Below are positions 9,189 through 19,674 of a stretch of 60,499 nt of DNA, piece after piece. Below the pieces are notes generated by a model, which worked only from the letters and a program-made list of their open reading frames with translations, did no database searches and had not been told where the DNA came from. Both the position numbers and the translations under genes were made by a program. Numbering within the stretch: position 1 is the stretch's first letter; each line of letters begins with the position of its first letter. The DNA is from an uncultured SAR86 cluster bacterium (GTDB lineage: Bacteria > Pseudomonadota > Gammaproteobacteria > Magnimaribacterales > D2472), in the NCBI GenBank assembly GCA_902551185.1, contig CACDCN010000003.1, positions 1 to 60,499 on the forward strand, written 5' to 3'.

Positions 9189-9530
9189 GTGATAAAAAAA
9201 ATAAATAAAGAAAGGGGGGCTGTAGGATGGATGTTAATGCCAGACTGGTATAAAACAGCCTCAGATTATATAAAGATAAGCATTCAAGTAAATAATATTC
9301 GTGTAATGTTAGAAGATTTAAAAAGCAGATTATCACTAAGCTCTCTTCGATTAAGACATGCCTTGCTTTACAAACATTCGAAACAAAGAAAAGCAGAATT
9401 GAAATTACAAAAAAGGATAGTAGATGAGCATATAAATCAAATAGAAAAATTGTTAGAAGAAAATGAAAACCTGCGAAGAGAAAATTTTACAAAAGAATAT
9501 GGAGAAGATTATTGTAAATTTAATAGCTGA
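9189..9530 (+). CDS. hypothetical coiled-coil protein, third gene of the umuDC operon (GTG at 9189 abuts the umuC stop; alternative ATG at 9231)
   Basis: 113 aa ORF (99 aa from the ATG). The C-terminal half is heptad-like and charged (KAELKLQKRIVDEHINQIEKLLEENENLRRENF). No family recognised. There is no gap from umuC. Confidence 0.5.
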   Translation: MIKKINKERGAVGWMLMPDWYKTASDYIKISIQVNNIRVMLEDLKSRLSLSSLRLRHALLYKHSKQRKAELKLQKRIVDEHINQIEKLLEENENLRRENFTKEYGEDYCKFNS

Positions 9531-9625
9531 GCATTAGTTATTAGATATCTCTATTGATTTCATCAAAAAAATCCTTTATGACGTGTTTCATCTTCAATTT
9601 TAATAATATAAAGAAACTAGTAAAT

Positions 9626-9644
9626 GAGAATGATAATCATATTG
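9626..9644. promoter_or_regulatory. Fur-box-like site GAGAATGATAATCATATTG
   Basis: 15 of 19 matches to GATAATGATAATCATTATC with an intact central TGATAATCAT. It lies about 33 nt upstream of the -35 of the ferritin-like gene promoter. Confidence 0.5.
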
Positions 9645-9676
9645 ATTATTATTAAATAAATACCTTATATCAGTGG

Positions 9677-9704
9677 TTTACATTAATTATAATAGCATTA
9701 TAAT
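9677..9704 (+). promoter_or_regulatory. sigma70 promoter of the ferritin-like gene: TTTACA (9677-9682) - 16 nt - TATAAT (9699-9704)
   Basis: Read directly. An AAGGA Shine-Dalgarno sequence lies 7 nt before the ATG at 9738. Confidence 0.5.
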
Positions 9705-9737
9705 TTCTAGTACTACAACTAAATTAAGGAACTAAAC

Positions 9738-10181
9738 ATGACAAAAATTAAAGAAATTAATTCAAAAGAAGTATGTGATATTTTAAATTCAATAATGGAA
9801 TATGAGCTTGCTGGCGTTGTAAGATATACCCACTCCTCAATGATGGTAAGCGGGCCTTATAGGTTGCCTATTGTAAGTTTCTTAAAAGAGCAAGCTGCTG
9901 AGTCTTTAATGCATGCCCAGCTTGCAGGTGAAAAGATAGCGGGTTTAGATGGCCACCCGAGTCAGAAAATTGCAAAGATAAAAGAAACAAATAGACATTC
10001 TATAAAAGATATTTTAGAGGAAAGTTTAGAACATGAACTTCATGCATTAAGCCTATATAAAAAATTATTAAAGTCTGTTGAAAATAAATCTATTTATCTT
10101 GAGGAATATGCAAGAGCGCAAATTGGTGAAGAGGAACAACACTCTTTAGAGCTAAAAATAATGCTAAAAGATTTTAGTTAA
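9738..10181 (+). CDS. bacterioferritin-like (ferritin superfamily) protein
   Basis: 147 aa four-helix pattern with di-iron ligand spacing: EYELAG..RY, AAESLMHAQ, EHELHAL and GEEEQHSLEL. Confidence 0.75.
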   Translation: MTKIKEINSKEVCDILNSIMEYELAGVVRYTHSSMMVSGPYRLPIVSFLKEQAAESLMHAQLAGEKIAGLDGHPSQKIAKIKETNRHSIKDILEESLEHELHALSLYKKLLKSVENKSIYLEEYARAQIGEEEQHSLELKIMLKDFS

Positions 10182-10624
10182 CTATTTTTAAAATATCTAT
10201 CATGATGAGCTTCAGAAAGTTCTAGAAGCTCATCATTAATTTCGTCTTTAATAGTTTTAGGATTGAACTCATTTAAACTTTTTATTCCATAATTGCCGAG
10301 ATCAAAAGATTGAGAACCTGCAGCTCTAAATAAATCAAAAATCCAAGTTAATGGATCGAGCGAATTATTAAAACTAATCGCTTTGTCTTGTAATTGTTTT
10401 GCTAATAATTTTTTATCTATTATCTCGAACCTATTTTTAAGAATTTTAATTTTAAATTTCTCTAAACGATTGTTTACTATTTCTCTTTCTTCTAAAGAAT
10501 ATTTAGTCCAACTAACAACCTCATGAGAAAAACGTTTACATCCTTTGCAAACCTCATCTCCAAAAGTTGTAGAACAAATACCCAAACATGGAGTTGCCGA
10601 TCTTTTTTTATCTAGCTTACTCAT
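10178..10624 (-). CDS. DUF1289-type cysteine-cluster protein with a C-terminal extension
   Basis: N-terminal PCLGICSTTFGDEVCKGCKRFSHEVVSW resembles the CxGxC...CxGCxR...W signature of DUF1289/YdhL-like proteins. The remainder is unassigned. Confidence 0.6.
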   Translation of the reverse strand: MSKLDKKRSATPCLGICSTTFGDEVCKGCKRFSHEVVSWTKYSLEEREIVNNRLEKFKIKILKNRFEIIDKKLLAKQLQDKAISFNNSLDPLTWIFDLFRAAGSQSFDLGNYGIKSLNEFNPKTIKDEINDELLELSEAHHDRYFKNS

Positions 10625-10718
10625 AGAAGAAAATAATAACTCATTTTTAAATAAATTTGCCTTATTTGGTGGCTATCTTTCGCTATAAGAGTAAAATATG
10701 GGCATCGGAGACCATACG

Positions 10719-13301
10719 ATGTTAAAAAGTTACAAAAAACATGCCGATGAAAGAGCTAAACAGGGCATACCTCCTCTACCATTGGATGCCGATCAAACCT
10801 CAAAACTAGTAGATTTACTAAAATCTGAGCATGAAGAGTCAGAATTGCTACTTTTTTTATTAAAAGAAAGGGTCCCAGCAGGCGTTGATCAATCAGCATA
10901 CGTAAAAGCAGCATTTTTATCAGACATAACAACAGAAAAAACATCCAGCCCATATATCAGCAAAGAGCAAGCTGTGCAGATATTGGGAACAATGTTAGGT
11001 GGTTATAATATAGAGCCATTAATTAAATGTTTAGAAATAGAAAATCTTGGTGAGGAAGCAGCAAGCGCTTTAAGTAACACACTGTTAATTTTTGATGCAT
11101 TTAATGAAATATTTGAGCTTTCAAAAACTAATAAACATGCAAAAAAGGTAATCAATTCATGGGCCGAGGGCAAGTGGTTCACTGATAAATCTGAAATACC
11201 TGATCAAATAAAACTTACCGTATATAAAGTGCCTGGTGAAATTAATACCGATGATTTGTCACCTGCAACTGATGCATGGTCAAGACCTGATATTCCTTTG
11301 CATGCAAAAGCTATGTTTAAAATGCCAAGAGAGGGACTTGATAACCCTCTTGAAACAATAGAAAAATTAAAAGAAAAAGGTAATCCATTAGTTTTTGTTG
11401 GTGATGTTGTAGGAACTGGTTCGTCTAGAAAATCAGCAACTAATTCAGTTTTATGGCATATGGGTGATGAAATACCATGCATTCCAAATAAAAAAGAAGG
11501 TGGATTTTGCTTTGGTGGGAAAATAGCCCCTATTTTCTTTAATACTCTTGAGGATTCAGGAGCATTTCCAATTGAAATGGATGTTTCAGGAATGGAGATG
11601 GGACAAGAAGTAATTCTTGAGCCTTTTAATGGTCAAGTTATTGATGTAGAAACTAATAAAGTTATTACAAAATTTGAACTTAAGACAGATGTAATACTAG
11701 ACGAAGTTAGAGCAAATGGAAGAATACCCTTAATTATTGGAAGACAACTTACTGATAAAACAAGAGAGGTATTAAATTTAGATCCTACAGATATTTTTAG
11801 AAGACCAGATGCAAAAGATAAATCAAAAAAGGGTTATACCCTTGCGCAGAAAATGGTTGGTAAAGCTTGTGGAATAGAAGGCGTAAGGCCAGGAACATAT
11901 TGCGAACCAAGAATGACTACTGTTGGTTCACAAGACACAACTGGCCCAATGACCAGAGATGAACTTAAAGAACTTGCATGTTTAGGATTTTCAGCTGATC
12001 TTGTGATGCAATCATTTTGTCATACTGCCGCATATCCAAAACCAGTAGACATTGAAACTCAGCACAGCCTCCCAGACTTTATTATGAACAGAGGGGGCGT
12101 TTCTTTAAGGCCTGGAGATGGAATAATTCATTCATGGATGAATAGAATGCTTTTGCCAGATACCGTAGGTACTGGTGGAGACAGTCATACTAGATTTCCA
12201 ATAGGTATTAGTTTTCCTGCTGGATCTGGTTTAGTAGCATTCGCTGCTACTCTTGGTGTTATGCCTTTGGATATGCCTGAATCAGTTTTGGTTAGATTTA
12301 AGGGCGATATGCAACCAGGCATAACCTTAAGAGATCTGGTTAATGCAATTCCATATGCTGCAATTCAAAATGGACTTCTTACTGTTGAAAAAAAAGGAAA
12401 GAAAAATATTTTCTCAGGAAGATGTCTTGAGATTGAAGGTTTACCAAATATGAAGGTTGAGCAAGCATTTGAGCTTTCAGATGCTTCTGCAGAAAGATCA
12501 GCATCGGGTTGCACTGTTAGATTAAATAAGGAACCAATAATTGAATATCTTAACTCTAATATAGTGATGTTGAGATGGATGATAGCCTCTGGTTATGGTG
12601 ATGCGAAAACGCTTGAAAGAAGAGCTCAAGCAATGGAAGAATGGATTCTTAACCCTGAATTATTAGAGCCAGATAAGGATGCTGAATATGCAGAGGTGAT
12701 TGAAATAGATCTAAATGAAATAAAAGAACCATTATTAGCATGTCCAAATGATCCAGATGATATTAAACCATTATCAGAGGTTGCAAATACTGAAATCCAA
12801 GAAGTATTTATTGGCTCTTGTATGACAAATATAGGTCACTTTAGGGCTGCTGGAACTCTATTAGAAAAATATAATGGCATTAAAGCAAGATTATGGGTTG
12901 TACCCCCAACAAAAATGGATGAAAAACAGCTTATTGAAGAAGGGATATACAATATTTTTGGAGTTTCAGGAGCTAGAACTGAGGTACCAGGATGCTCTTT
13001 ATGTATGGGTAATCAAGCAAGAGTTCTTGCAAATTCAACGGTAGTGTCAACATCAACAAGAAACTTTCCTAATAGACTTGGTGATGGTGCTAATGTTTTT
13101 CTGGCATCAGCTGAGCTTGCAGCTATTTCATCTGTACTTGGTAAATTACCAACAGTTGATGAATACCATAAATATATGGCAGACATTAATCCTTTATCAG
13201 ATGAAATTTATAGATACTTAAATTTTAACGAAATAGATAGTTACGTTGAAAGTGCAAACTCTGCAGAAATACCTGCTATAAATATTGTTAATCCGAATTA
13301 G
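10719..13301 (+). CDS. acnB: aconitate hydratase B / 2-methylisocitrate dehydratase (AcnB); ORF opens at 10698 but the MLKSYKKH start matches the E. coli N-terminus
   Basis: [26 protein letters not shown] compares with E. coli MLEEYRKHVAERAAEGIAPKPLDANQ. Fe-S ligand contexts are GSCMTN and [11 protein letters not shown]. About 860 aa. Confidence 0.95.
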   Translation: MLKSYKKHADERAKQGIPPLPLDADQTSKLVDLLKSEHEESELLLFLLKERVPAGVDQSAYVKAAFLSDITTEKTSSPYISKEQAVQILGTMLGGYNIEPLIKCLEIENLGEEAASALSNTLLIFDAFNEIFELSKTNKHAKKVINSWAEGKWFTDKSEIPDQIKLTVYKVPGEINTDDLSPATDAWSRPDIPLHAKAMFKMPREGLDNPLETIEKLKEKGNPLVFVGDVVGTGSSRKSATNSVLWHMGDEIPCIPNKKEGGFCFGGKIAPIFFNTLEDSGAFPIEMDVSGMEMGQEVILEPFNGQVIDVETNKVITKFELKTDVILDEVRANGRIPLIIGRQLTDKTREVLNLDPTDIFRRPDAKDKSKKGYTLAQKMVGKACGIEGVRPGTYCEPRMTTVGSQDTTGPMTRDELKELACLGFSADLVMQSFCHTAAYPKPVDIETQHSLPDFIMNRGGVSLRPGDGIIHSWMNRMLLPDTVGTGGDSHTRFPIGISFPAGSGLVAFAATLGVMPLDMPESVLVRFKGDMQPGITLRDLVNAIPYAAIQNGLLTVEKKGKKNIFSGRCLEIEGLPNMKVEQAFELSDASAERSASGCTVRLNKEPIIEYLNSNIVMLRWMIASGYGDAKTLERRAQAMEEWILNPELLEPDKDAEYAEVIEIDLNEIKEPLLACPNDPDDIKPLSEVANTEIQEVFIGSCMTNIGHFRAAGTLLEKYNGIKARLWVVPPTKMDEKQLIEEGIYNIFGVSGARTEVPGCSLCMGNQARVLANSTVVSTSTRNFPNRLGDGANVFLASAELAAISSVLGKLPTVDEYHKYMADINPLSDEIYRYLNFNEIDSYVESANSAEIPAINIVNPN

Positions 13302-14788
13302 CCGTTAGCCTTAGATTTTTCTCTTTGCAGCTTTAATTCATCTTTTCTTGAATTCTCTAAATCTTCAAGATAATTTTCAACCAAAGGTGTTATATATTTA
13401 CCAGTAAATATAGAAGTTTCAAATTCGTTAATTTCTGGATTTCCAACTTGAACAGTATCAATTAAATCATCTAGGGTTTGGTAAATTAACCAGTCTGCAT
13501 CGATCTCTTTTGCAACCTCATCATTAGTTTTGTTTGATGCTATCAGTTCTGATGTTGATGGCATGTCAATGCCATATAAGTTTTGGTACTTAATTGGTGG
13601 GGCTGCAGAAGCAAAATAAACTTTTTTTGCTCCTGAGGCTCTTGCCATTTCAATTATTTTTTTACTAGTTGTGCCTCTAACAATTGAATCATCTACAAGC
13701 AAAACATTTTTTCCTTGAAACTCCAAATCTAAAATATTTAATTTTCTTCTGACAGATTTTTTTCTTTCTTCTTGATATGGCATGATAAATGTTCTGCCTA
13801 TATAGCGATTTTTTACAAACCCCTCTCTGTAAGGAATGCCTAAACCAACTGCCAATTCATGGGCTGCAGTTGTAGAGCTATCTGGTATTGGGATAACGAC
13901 ATCTATATCGTGGTCTGGTTTTGTTTTCTTAATTTGTTCAGCTAGTTTAGAACCCATACGCATTCTTGCTTTGTATACTGATACTTCATCAATCTTTGAA
14001 TCTGGCCTAGCAAAATATACATACTCAAAAATACATGGTCTTTTTATAGGTTCTTCTGAGCATTGTTGTGAGTGAAGTTTTCCTTTTTTATCAATAAATA
14101 TAGCCTCTCCGGGTTCGATATCTCGCAACTTCTCAAAGCCCATGGAAGTAAATAATGCGTCCTCAGATGAAATAATATATTCTTCTCTAGTTTTTCCATT
14201 TCTTATACCTATAGATAAAGGTCTAATAGCATTATTATCTCTAAAGGCTAAAATACCATGGCCTGTAATTAGTGCAAGAACTGCATAAGCCCCATCACAT
14301 CTAAAATGAGTTTTAGAAACTGCTTTAAAAATATGTTCTGCTGAAGGGTATATTTCTTTTTGCTTAGCTAACTCATGTGCAAAAATATTTAGCAATACCT
14401 CAGAATCAGAGTCTGTTTTAAGATGTCGCATTTCTGCATGGAAAAGTTCGGCTGAAAGTTGTTTAGCATTTGTTAAATTTCCATTGTGCGCAAGGCTAAT
14501 TCCATATGGTGAATTTACATACATTGGTTGCGCAAATTCTGACCCAGAGCCACCAGCAGTTGGGTACCTTACATGACCAATGCCATAGTTACCGATAAGA
14601 TTATCCATATGTTTTTGTTCAAACACATCTCTAACATATCCCATAGATTTTCGGCTATTCAATTGATCTTCTTTATCGCAAACAACCATGCCCGCAGCAT
14701 CTTGTCCTCTATGCTGAAGCATTAAGAGAGAATCGTATATTTCAGCTGCTACATTAGTTTCAGCAGAAATCCCAACTATTCCACACAT
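13298..14788 (-). CDS. purF: amidophosphoribosyltransferase (PurF)
   Basis: N-terminal nucleophile MCGIVGI and PRPP loop [14 protein letters not shown]. 496 aa. Confidence 0.96.
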   Translation of the reverse strand: MCGIVGISAETNVAAEIYDSLLMLQHRGQDAAGMVVCDKEDQLNSRKSMGYVRDVFEQKHMDNLIGNYGIGHVRYPTAGGSGSEFAQPMYVNSPYGISLAHNGNLTNAKQLSAELFHAEMRHLKTDSDSEVLLNIFAHELAKQKEIYPSAEHIFKAVSKTHFRCDGAYAVLALITGHGILAFRDNNAIRPLSIGIRNGKTREEYIISSEDALFTSMGFEKLRDIEPGEAIFIDKKGKLHSQQCSEEPIKRPCIFEYVYFARPDSKIDEVSVYKARMRMGSKLAEQIKKTKPDHDIDVVIPIPDSSTTAAHELAVGLGIPYREGFVKNRYIGRTFIMPYQEERKKSVRRKLNILDLEFQGKNVLLVDDSIVRGTTSKKIIEMARASGAKKVYFASAAPPIKYQNLYGIDMPSTSELIASNKTNDEVAKEIDADWLIYQTLDDLIDTVQVGNPEINEFETSIFTGKYITPLVENYLEDLENSRKDELKLQREKSKANG

Positions 14789-15372
14789 TAAGAGTCCCCA
14801 TCTTTTGTGTTTTCTTTATTCGAACCTGGAACCAATTGTTCTTGCATTGGTTCTATTAGTTCCAGAGTCTCCTCTACAATATTTCTATTATCTATTAAAT
14901 CTCTAAAATATGCTTCTATTTGTGGGGCATATTTTTGAATAATCGGCGTTATTTTTGAATTACTAATTAAATCAGTAGTCTTTAAGCTTGAAGGAAGCAA
15001 TAAAAATATTGCAAATAAAACTATTAGGCCTCTAATTAACCCAAACAGGACTCCTAAAAATCTATCAAAACCAGATGCTCCCGACCATTTAATAAGCTTA
15101 CTTATAAACTTTATAACGATTCCGCCAACAAAAATAAAGATAACAAAAACGAAGATATATGAAATAATCTTAGAAATCTCTTCGTTGCCGATAAATTCAT
15201 TGATTTTTGGTGTTGCTAAAAATTCAAGGCTTATTGCTGCAATAAATGCTGCAATCCATAAAAATAAAGATAAAAATTCTTTAGTAAAACCTCTTGTAAA
15301 TGAAATTATTCCAGAAGCAATTAAGACAACTAAAATAAACCAATCAGCAGAATTTAATTCTAAAGCTTCCAC
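14788..15372 (-). CDS. cvpA: CvpA family membrane protein
   Basis: Four predicted TM helices. It occupies the conserved dedD-cvpA-purF position. Confidence 0.8.
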   Translation of the reverse strand: MEALELNSADWFILVVLIASGIISFTRGFTKEFLSLFLWIAAFIAAISLEFLATPKINEFIGNEEISKIISYIFVFVIFIFVGGIVIKFISKLIKWSGASGFDRFLGVLFGLIRGLIVLFAIFLLLPSSLKTTDLISNSKITPIIQKYAPQIEAYFRDLIDNRNIVEETLELIEPMQEQLVPGSNKENTKDGDS

Positions 15373-15797
15373 CTAGATATTTCTCCATTTTTCGATTCAG
15401 ACAATTCCTGAATTAAGCTCATATTATTAACAATATCATCTTCTGACAAAAAAGGTCCAACGTAAACTGCAAATAATTCTTTTTTATCTCCAAAAACTTC
15501 AACAAATGCTGGATAACCTCCATTATTAATTTTAATTTTTAATTTATTAGCATTTTCTTTGGATGAAAGAACATGAGCCCTATAGACAAAGAAATCAAAA
15601 TCAGACTCTGTGAATATTTGAAATCCTCCTTTTATAGAGCTATCTATCTTTGTATCAATAATTTCTGTTTTAATATTAGATTGTTTGCTTTTTATGCTAT
15701 TTATGTCTACTTGTTTATTGGCTGGATAAAAAATGTACATAGCTAATGTAAATGTGCCTATAAGAGCAAGCAGTCCAATTAATCTTTCGCTATGCAT
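15360..15797 (-). CDS. SPOR domain septal protein (DedD slot)
   Basis: N-terminal TM anchor and a C-terminal SPOR-like fold (FVYRAHVLSSKENANKLKIKINNGGYPAFVEV...FAVYVGPF). Synteny with cvpA-purF. Confidence 0.7.
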   Translation of the reverse strand: MHSERLIGLLALIGTFTLAMYIFYPANKQVDINSIKSKQSNIKTEIIDTKIDSSIKGGFQIFTESDFDFFVYRAHVLSSKENANKLKIKINNGGYPAFVEVFGDKKELFAVYVGPFLSEDDIVNNMSLIQELSESKNGEISRWKL

Positions 15798-17059
15798 TAA
15801 TTTTTATATGTTTTCTTTAATGTTTTGATCTCATTTGAAGTCTGCACAATTTTGTTTTTAAAGAATAGTTCATGATTCTCTTCAACAACATCTAAGTCAT
15901 ATAAATAATTAGCCATAATCCCATATGATTGAGATAGGCCTTTTTCGGATAAATCAGCATTTAAATTTATTCTTTCAAGGCTTGCGCCATTGCCGATATG
16001 GAATCTTCCCACAGGATCATTTGGCAAACCATCATCTCTATCCGATTCAGTTAGATATTTAATAGTTTTTTTCATCAGCTCTTCATCGCTGCAGTTTTTA
16101 TCTGTACATCTCTCAAAAGTAATAGGAGCGTACTCTTCCATCCATTTCATCAAGCCTGGTATTGGCGATAAAGTTAAAAATTGATTAAGGTCTGGTAATT
16201 CTCTTTTAAGATTTTTTGCTACTTTTTTTATTAAAAAATTTCCAAAAGAAATGCCTAATAAACCATTATGACAATTTGAAATAGAATAAAAAATTGCAGT
16301 ATTAGCATCTTCAATTTCTATTTCTTGTCTATCAAGATTAATAATTTTTTGAATGGATTTTGGAATACCTGTCGTTAATGCAACTTCTACAAAAATCAAA
16401 GGATCATTTGGAATCAAAGGATGAAAAAAGGCGAAACATTGCCTATCTATAGGAGCTAATCTTGCTCTCAGATCATCCCAAGAATTAATTTCATGGACAG
16501 CCTCATACTCAATTATTTTTTCAAGAATATTTGCAGGGGTTTCCCAATCAATTTTTTCTAAAACTAAAAATGATGGATTAAACCAATATTTAAATAGTTT
16601 CAATAGGCGTAAATCAAAAGTCTTCAAATCTTCATCATTTAAGGACCTTATTCTTTCTCTTAGCTTCACTAATCTATAAGTTCCATTCGATGTTGAGTTT
16701 AACCTTCTAAATAGTTCTATCCATTCTGGTTCAGATGAGGCCCTTACTTTTTCAAAATTTTCTGAATTTTTATTTGAAGAATAATTTTTTACATCCTTTA
16801 AAAGAGTCTTTGTATTAATATCATAATTTTTTAAGAGCTCCTTTAAGAACTTCTTTAATCCATTGTCATCTTGATCTTCTATGAGATTTAAAAGATGTTC
16901 TGCGTAGACTAATGAGGATACTTCGCCGGAAGTAGACATTACTGAATCAACAGCTTTATTAATATCATTATGAAGCTTGCCAAAACTCTTTGAACGAAGA
17001 CGGTTTAAACGACGCGTACCCTTCATTACAGAAGATAAAATGTTTTGAAAGAGACTCAT
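15797..17059 (-). CDS. malonyl-CoA decarboxylase (ORF opens at 17107 inside trpA; the MSLFQN start at 17059 avoids the overlap)
   Basis: MCD family signatures AIFYSISNCHNGLLGISFGNFLIKKV and LTLSPIPGLMKWM. About 420 aa. Confidence 0.85.
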   Translation of the reverse strand: MSLFQNILSSVMKGTRRLNRLRSKSFGKLHNDINKAVDSVMSTSGEVSSLVYAEHLLNLIEDQDDNGLKKFLKELLKNYDINTKTLLKDVKNYSSNKNSENFEKVRASSEPEWIELFRRLNSTSNGTYRLVKLRERIRSLNDEDLKTFDLRLLKLFKYWFNPSFLVLEKIDWETPANILEKIIEYEAVHEINSWDDLRARLAPIDRQCFAFFHPLIPNDPLIFVEVALTTGIPKSIQKIINLDRQEIEIEDANTAIFYSISNCHNGLLGISFGNFLIKKVAKNLKRELPDLNQFLTLSPIPGLMKWMEEYAPITFERCTDKNCSDEELMKKTIKYLTESDRDDGLPNDPVGRFHIGNGASLERINLNADLSEKGLSQSYGIMANYLYDLDVVEENHELFFKNKIVQTSNEIKTLKKTYKN

Positions 17060-17069
17060 ATTAGCCAAC

Positions 17070-17855
17070 TCATGATATTGCTTGTTTGATTTGTGTAATA
17101 TATGCACCTATTCTATCAAATTCTTTGGTCTGTGAATCATCTTCTATCATTTGCACAATTGATGAACCAATAATAACCCCATCTGAACAGTCTGCTAATA
17201 ATTTTGCATCTTCTTTAGATTTAATACCAAATCCTGCTAATACCGGAACGGAAGCATGTTTTTTTATTTCATCTATATTTGTATTAATTTCTTTAACATC
17301 AAGATTTGAAGCCCCTGTAACACCTCTTAAAGTTACATAATAAATAAATCCTGAGCTGTTTTTTGCAATTGATTGGATCCTATCTTTTTTAGTTGTTGGA
17401 GATATCAATGAAATAGTATTTATAGTTTCATTTGTAATACCATAGTCTGCTAAATTTAATTCTCCTGGGATATCAACAACAAGAATTGAATCAATTGCAT
17501 TGTTCTGATTTTCTTCAATTAATTTTTTATGTGAAAGAAAAGTATTTAAATAGCCCATTAAAACTAATGGAGTCTCATTATCAAGGTCTCTAAATTTATT
17601 AACAATATCATAAATAGTTTTTAACGATACATCATTTGCTAGCGCTCTATCATGTGCTTTTTGAATAATCGGCCCTTCTGCGATTGGATCGGTAAAAGGA
17701 ACACCTATTTCAATTATATCTGCGCCAGAATCAACTAATAGCTTTATAAGCTCAACAGTTGTTTCTATATCTGGATCTCCAGCTACTAAATATGCTACTA
17801 AAGCTTTTTTATTTTCTTCTTTTAAGTCGGTTAACTTTTTTGTGAGTCTATTCAA
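17070..17855 (-). CDS. trpA: tryptophan synthase alpha chain
   Basis: [22 protein letters not shown] and [10 protein letters not shown]. 261 aa. Overlaps trpB by 4 nt. Confidence 0.95.
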   Translation of the reverse strand: MNRLTKKLTDLKEENKKALVAYLVAGDPDIETTVELIKLLVDSGADIIEIGVPFTDPIAEGPIIQKAHDRALANDVSLKTIYDIVNKFRDLDNETPLVLMGYLNTFLSHKKLIEENQNNAIDSILVVDIPGELNLADYGITNETINTISLISPTTKKDRIQSIAKNSSGFIYYVTLRGVTGASNLDVKEINTNIDEIKKHASVPVLAGFGIKSKEDAKLLADCSDGVIIGSSIVQMIEDDSQTKEFDRIGAYITQIKQAIS

Positions 17856-19057
17856 AATTTTATTCCATCTATTTCAGCAACAGTATTGATATCTTTATCA
17901 CCTCTTCCAGAAACATTAACAATAATATTTGCTGATGAATCAAAATCTTTCATCAACACATCTAAATATGCAAATGCATGTGCTGTTTCAAGTGCAGGTA
18001 TTATTCCTTCAAGCTCGGAAACTTCATGAAATGCTTTTAATGCTGCTTTATCAGTTACAGCAACATATTCTGCTCTACCAGAGTCTTTGAGTAATGAATG
18101 TTCTGGTCCTACTCCAGGGTAATCAAGTCCAGCAGAAACTGATTTTGTAGCCTTGACTTGCCCAGAATCATTTTGCATTAGATAACTTAATGCTCCATGC
18201 AATACTCCAGGAGTTCCATCATTTAATGGAGCTGCATGTTCACCAGTCTCAACACCCTCTCCTCCTGCCTCTACTCCAATTAATCTAGTTTCTTTTATAT
18301 CAATAAAAGGATAAAAAATACCCATTGCATTTGAGCCACCACCAACACAAGCAACAATTGCATTAGGCATATCATTAAACAAATCTTTAGATTGAGCTAC
18401 AACCTCCTCTCCAACCACTGAATTAAAATCTCTAACTATCATTGGATAAGGATGTGGTCCAGTAACACTTCCTATAATGTAATAAGTATTATCAACATTT
18501 GTAACCCAATCTCTTAAAGCTTCATTTAATGCATCTTTTAAGGTTGCAGAACCTGATTCAACTGAATGAACTTCTGCTCCTAAAAGCTTCATTCTATAAA
18601 CATTAAGAGACTGTCTTTGCACATCTTCAGCCCCCATATATATATGACATTCAAGACCAAGCCTTGCTGCCACTGTTGCTGTGGCAACTCCATGTTGTCC
18701 AGCCCCTGTTTCAGCAATTATTCTTTCCTTTCCCATATATTTAGCTAACAGAATTTGTCCTATAGTATTATTTATTTTATGTGCGCCTGTATGATTAAGG
18801 TCTTCTCTTTTTAACCAAATTGAACCTGTTCCATAGTGATTGGTTAGTCTTTCTGCAAAATATAAAGGAGATGGTCGACCTACAAATTCAGATAGATCTT
18901 TATAAAATTGTTCTTTGAATTCGGGCTTGTCTTTAAAATTATTATAAGTTTTTTCAAGTTCCTCTAATGCATGCATAAGAGTTTCTGGAACAAACTTTCC
19001 ACCATATTCTCCAAAGAAACCATCTTTATCTGGCCAATTATGTTTATTAGTTGTCAT
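17852..19057 (-). CDS. trpB: tryptophan synthase beta chain
   Basis: PLP lysine context [11 protein letters not shown], and GGGSNAMG. 401 aa. Confidence 0.97.
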   Translation of the reverse strand: MTTNKHNWPDKDGFFGEYGGKFVPETLMHALEELEKTYNNFKDKPEFKEQFYKDLSEFVGRPSPLYFAERLTNHYGTGSIWLKREDLNHTGAHKINNTIGQILLAKYMGKERIIAETGAGQHGVATATVAARLGLECHIYMGAEDVQRQSLNVYRMKLLGAEVHSVESGSATLKDALNEALRDWVTNVDNTYYIIGSVTGPHPYPMIVRDFNSVVGEEVVAQSKDLFNDMPNAIVACVGGGSNAMGIFYPFIDIKETRLIGVEAGGEGVETGEHAAPLNDGTPGVLHGALSYLMQNDSGQVKATKSVSAGLDYPGVGPEHSLLKDSGRAEYVAVTDKAALKAFHEVSELEGIIPALETAHAFAYLDVLMKDFDSSANIIVNVSGRGDKDINTVAEIDGIKF

Positions 19058-19062
19058 TATTA

Positions 19063-19674
19063 TTAAAATTTTTGTAAGACTTGCTTTATTAAATCTAAAT
19101 CTTTTACCCCAGGAGATATTTCAACTCCTGAATTAATGTCAATACACCAAGGATTAATACTAATAGCATTATCAACATTTTCAATATTTATTCCACCTGA
19201 GATAATAATTTTTTTATCATTTTTGTTTATATCTTTAAGAAGATTCCAATCAAATACAGAACCAGTTCCTCCATATAGACCTTTTGTATAATTCTCAAAT
19301 AAAATTGCAGACGCATCAGGATAATCAAATGCTATATTTATGCTACTGGAATCTTTAACTCTAATTACTTTCCAAAAATCTTTTTTAAAAGATTTGCAAA
19401 ATTCATTATTCTCATTTCCATGGAATTGTAAAATTGGATCCTCAAAATTAGATGAAGTTTGTTGAATAAATTCTTTTGTGGCATCGACATAAACACATAC
19501 TGCTCTTTTGTTTTGTAAATTAACTCCATTCACTTTGTTTAAAAAATCATTTGAAACGTTTCTTGGGCTTTTTTCAAAAAATATAAACCCTATAAAATCT
19601 ATTGCTTCTAATTCAATTAACTGATTTAAAATATTTAAATCTTTGATGCCGCAAATTTTAATTAGAGGCTTCAT
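19063..19674 (-). CDS. trpF: phosphoribosylanthranilate isomerase
   Basis: IKICGIK start, 203 aa, truA-trpF synteny. Confidence 0.88.
   Translation of the reverse strand: MKPLIKICGIKDLNILNQLIELEAIDFIGFIFFEKSPRNVSNDFLNKVNGVNLQNKRAVCVYVDATKEFIQQTSSNFEDPILQFHGNENNEFCKSFKKDFWKVIRVKDSSSINIAFDYPDASAILFENYTKGLYGGTGSVFDWNLLKDINKNDKKIIISGGINIENVDNAISINPWCIDINSGVEISPGVKDLDLIKQVLQKF

Noticed and set aside
9211-9220. G6 homopolymer (AAAGGGGGGC) inside the 5' end of the umuC-downstream ORF, considered as a slipped-strand phase-variation tract
   Set aside because: Six residues is short for a contingency tract. G-rich ribosome-binding sites occur elsewhere in this window (GGGGGA before the TonB receptor gene), so it more likely serves the in-frame ATG at 9231, although the 11-nt spacing is long.
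5329-9530. Considered whether the R-M/umuDC block is a mobile element, integrative island or plasmid remnant
   Set aside because: No integrase, transposase, relaxase or flanking direct/inverted repeats are visible, and the tRNA gene is 3 kb away and not adjacent. Only the gene content looks accessory.
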